DNA of 64,000 nt, taken from Promethearchaeota archaeon (GTDB lineage: Archaea; Asgardarchaeota; Lokiarchaeia; Sigyniarchaeales; SOKP01). Under the pieces are notes generated by a model that did not search any database, was not told the DNA's origin, and saw nothing but the letters and a program-made list of their open reading frames with translations. The stretch lies in assembly GCA_016839555.1 (NCBI GenBank), contig JAEOUA010000011.1, positions 1 to 64,000 of the forward strand, written 5' to 3'. Positions 62,662 through 64,000 of this stretch are shown here, one piece after another (the stretch's first letter is position 1; the number at the start of each line of letters is the position of its first letter). Position numbers and translations under genes: made by a program.

Positions 62662-63999
62662 TTAATAATCTATAGCAATGACATCTAATGTTTTACAATT
62701 CAGAGTAAACCCAAAAATTTCACTAAAAGAGGGAGTAGTTCTTCCATCATCACTTGTAATCAACTCTTTTATATAAGTTCCCCCTTGAGTCTGTATAATA
62801 AATTCAAATAAATTGGGTTCTATATAGGAGCCTTCAATTTTATAGATCTTTTTGTTTCTCACCTTATTAGCCCTTCGATGGGCAACTCGTTGAGGAGTTT
62901 TTTGATGAATAATTTCTCCTTCAATAATTTTCTTTAATTGCCGTAATTTTTCGTCGAAGTCAATTTTGTCTATTTCTTTATTTGCTTCTATCAGAGCTTT
63001 ATATGTTTTTGTGGTATTTTTTGCATCTTGCTTAATATTTATGACTTTATCTTTATTGCTATGCGCTAAATCATTAATTTCTACTTTTCCTTTATTCAGA
63101 GTATTAACTTCTTCTTTTAATCTAGGTAAGTCTAAGGTTCTTATTTTTGAATTTATAAGTTCTAAGATAAATGGTCTTCCAGAACCTAGCATTCTCACAT
63201 CGATATCTTCTCTTCCAGCTCCGTGAAATTTGGAACTATCCGCGCGAGCTGCTTTAAGAAATGGCAAACTAATCAACTCCTCGACACTTGTTTGATACAT
63301 TTTACCCGTATAATTACAATATTCACAACCTGCCCCATCACACTTACTACAAGGCCATCGTGTCTGAGGTATCCCTCTTATAAGTTTTCTATATCTTCCA
63401 TAAATAAAGAGGGATCGAATTAATAAATTTACAGAAAATGATTCATATCCAAGAGAACAAATGATTGTTAAATGGGGATAGGTAAATTCTGTCGGTTTCT
63501 CAAGAATAGATGATAATAATTTTCCTAATTCTCTATTAAAATGAGATTTAAATGATTCTGCTTCAAAAAGATTTAATTTTGCTTTAAATCGATCTTCTTT
63601 ATTCCCAATTTCTGGATTAAGACTTGTCCCTACCAAAAAATTATGGAACTCAATCCCCTTAATTTCCTCTAAAATTGGATTTATATATGAGTTCAACTCT
63701 TGAAATATATTATTACACAAGTAGCATTTTTTTTCAGGAGTTCTAATATTGTATTCATATCCCTCTTTTTCTAATACTTTTTGAGCAGGAACGAAGTATG
63801 CACATTCTGCTAATATTTTCAAAGTTTTTAATGCATCTTCTCTTGCTGTTTCGTCTCCCGAAAGATAATTTTTATGAGATTCCATTACTTGAGTGAGAAG
63901 CAGTGCCTCTCCTCTTTCTTTATTTGTTGTTTGTGTACTTAATAAAGAAAAACATCGTCCTAAACAATACAGACAGATATATCGTTCCTTGTAAATTTG
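62662..63999 (-). CDS. pus10: tRNA pseudouridine(54/55) synthase Pus10; 5' end beyond the window
   Basis: GAGREDIDVRMLGSGRPF, QKTPQRVAHRR, GGTYIKE; frame continues upstream of 63885 through CLYCLGR. Confidence 0.95.
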   Translation of the reverse strand, partial: QIYKERYICLYCLGRCFSLLSTQTTNKERGEALLLTQVMESHKNYLSGDETAREDALKTLKILAECAYFVPAQKVLEKEGYEYNIRTPEKKCYLCNNIFQELNSYINPILEEIKGIEFHNFLVGTSLNPEIGNKEDRFKAKLNLFEAESFKSHFNRELGKLLSSILEKPTEFTYPHLTIICSLGYESFSVNLLIRSLFIYGRYRKLIRGIPQTRWPCSKCDGAGCEYCNYTGKMYQTSVEELISLPFLKAARADSSKFHGAGREDIDVRMLGSGRPFILELINSKIRTLDLPRLKEEVNTLNKGKVEINDLAHSNKDKVINIKQDAKNTTKTYKALIEANKEIDKIDFDEKLRQLKKIIEGEIIHQKTPQRVAHRRANKVRNKKIYKIEGSYIEPNLFEFIIQTQGGTYIKELITSDDGRTTPSFSEIFGFTLNCKTLDVIAIDY

Positions 64000-64000
64000 T

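Noticed and set aside
38253-63423. Remaining short overlapping ORFs in the track (e.g. 38253, 40314, 42641, 45452, 46595, 56172, 62966)
   Set aside because: All overlap well-supported genes and show no independent motifs

Overview
AT-rich archaeal chromosome segment, most likely from an Asgard archaeon (Lokiarchaeia-like). This is inferred from the archaeal information genes (split rpoA1/rpoA2, rpoF, rpl21e/30e/44e, rps7/12/27e, nusA, pus10, histone) occurring with a Rab-like GTPase, two LRR proteins and an FG-GAP/integrin-alpha-like protein. From ~31 kb to 64 kb the window is mostly housekeeping (pur genes, pyrB, RNAP/ribosomal clusters, ksgA/hemK, GGR, ZupT, GH127). The first ~31 kb is more accessory. 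Best candidate for an undescribed system (1-10.3 kb): an exported FG-GAP propeller gene, divergent from a broken giant exported protein with a GC-mosaic body, hydrophobic helices and a C-terminal RecB-type PD-(D/E)XK nuclease, followed by an LRR gene. This resembles a polymorphic toxin/immunity locus and has twin 22-bp palindromes upstream. Also notable: an HTH + ATP-cone + apparently dead NrdD fusion, a divergent mazG-herA-nurA-mre11-rad50 cluster plus an orphan second nurA, an AGPS-like/GlpC-like/FGGY cluster with a chimeric glpK relic, Zn-finger-LRR fusion, a C-terminal appendage on RpoA1, and several decayed toxin-antitoxin genes. All calls come from reading motifs by eye; no searches were run.
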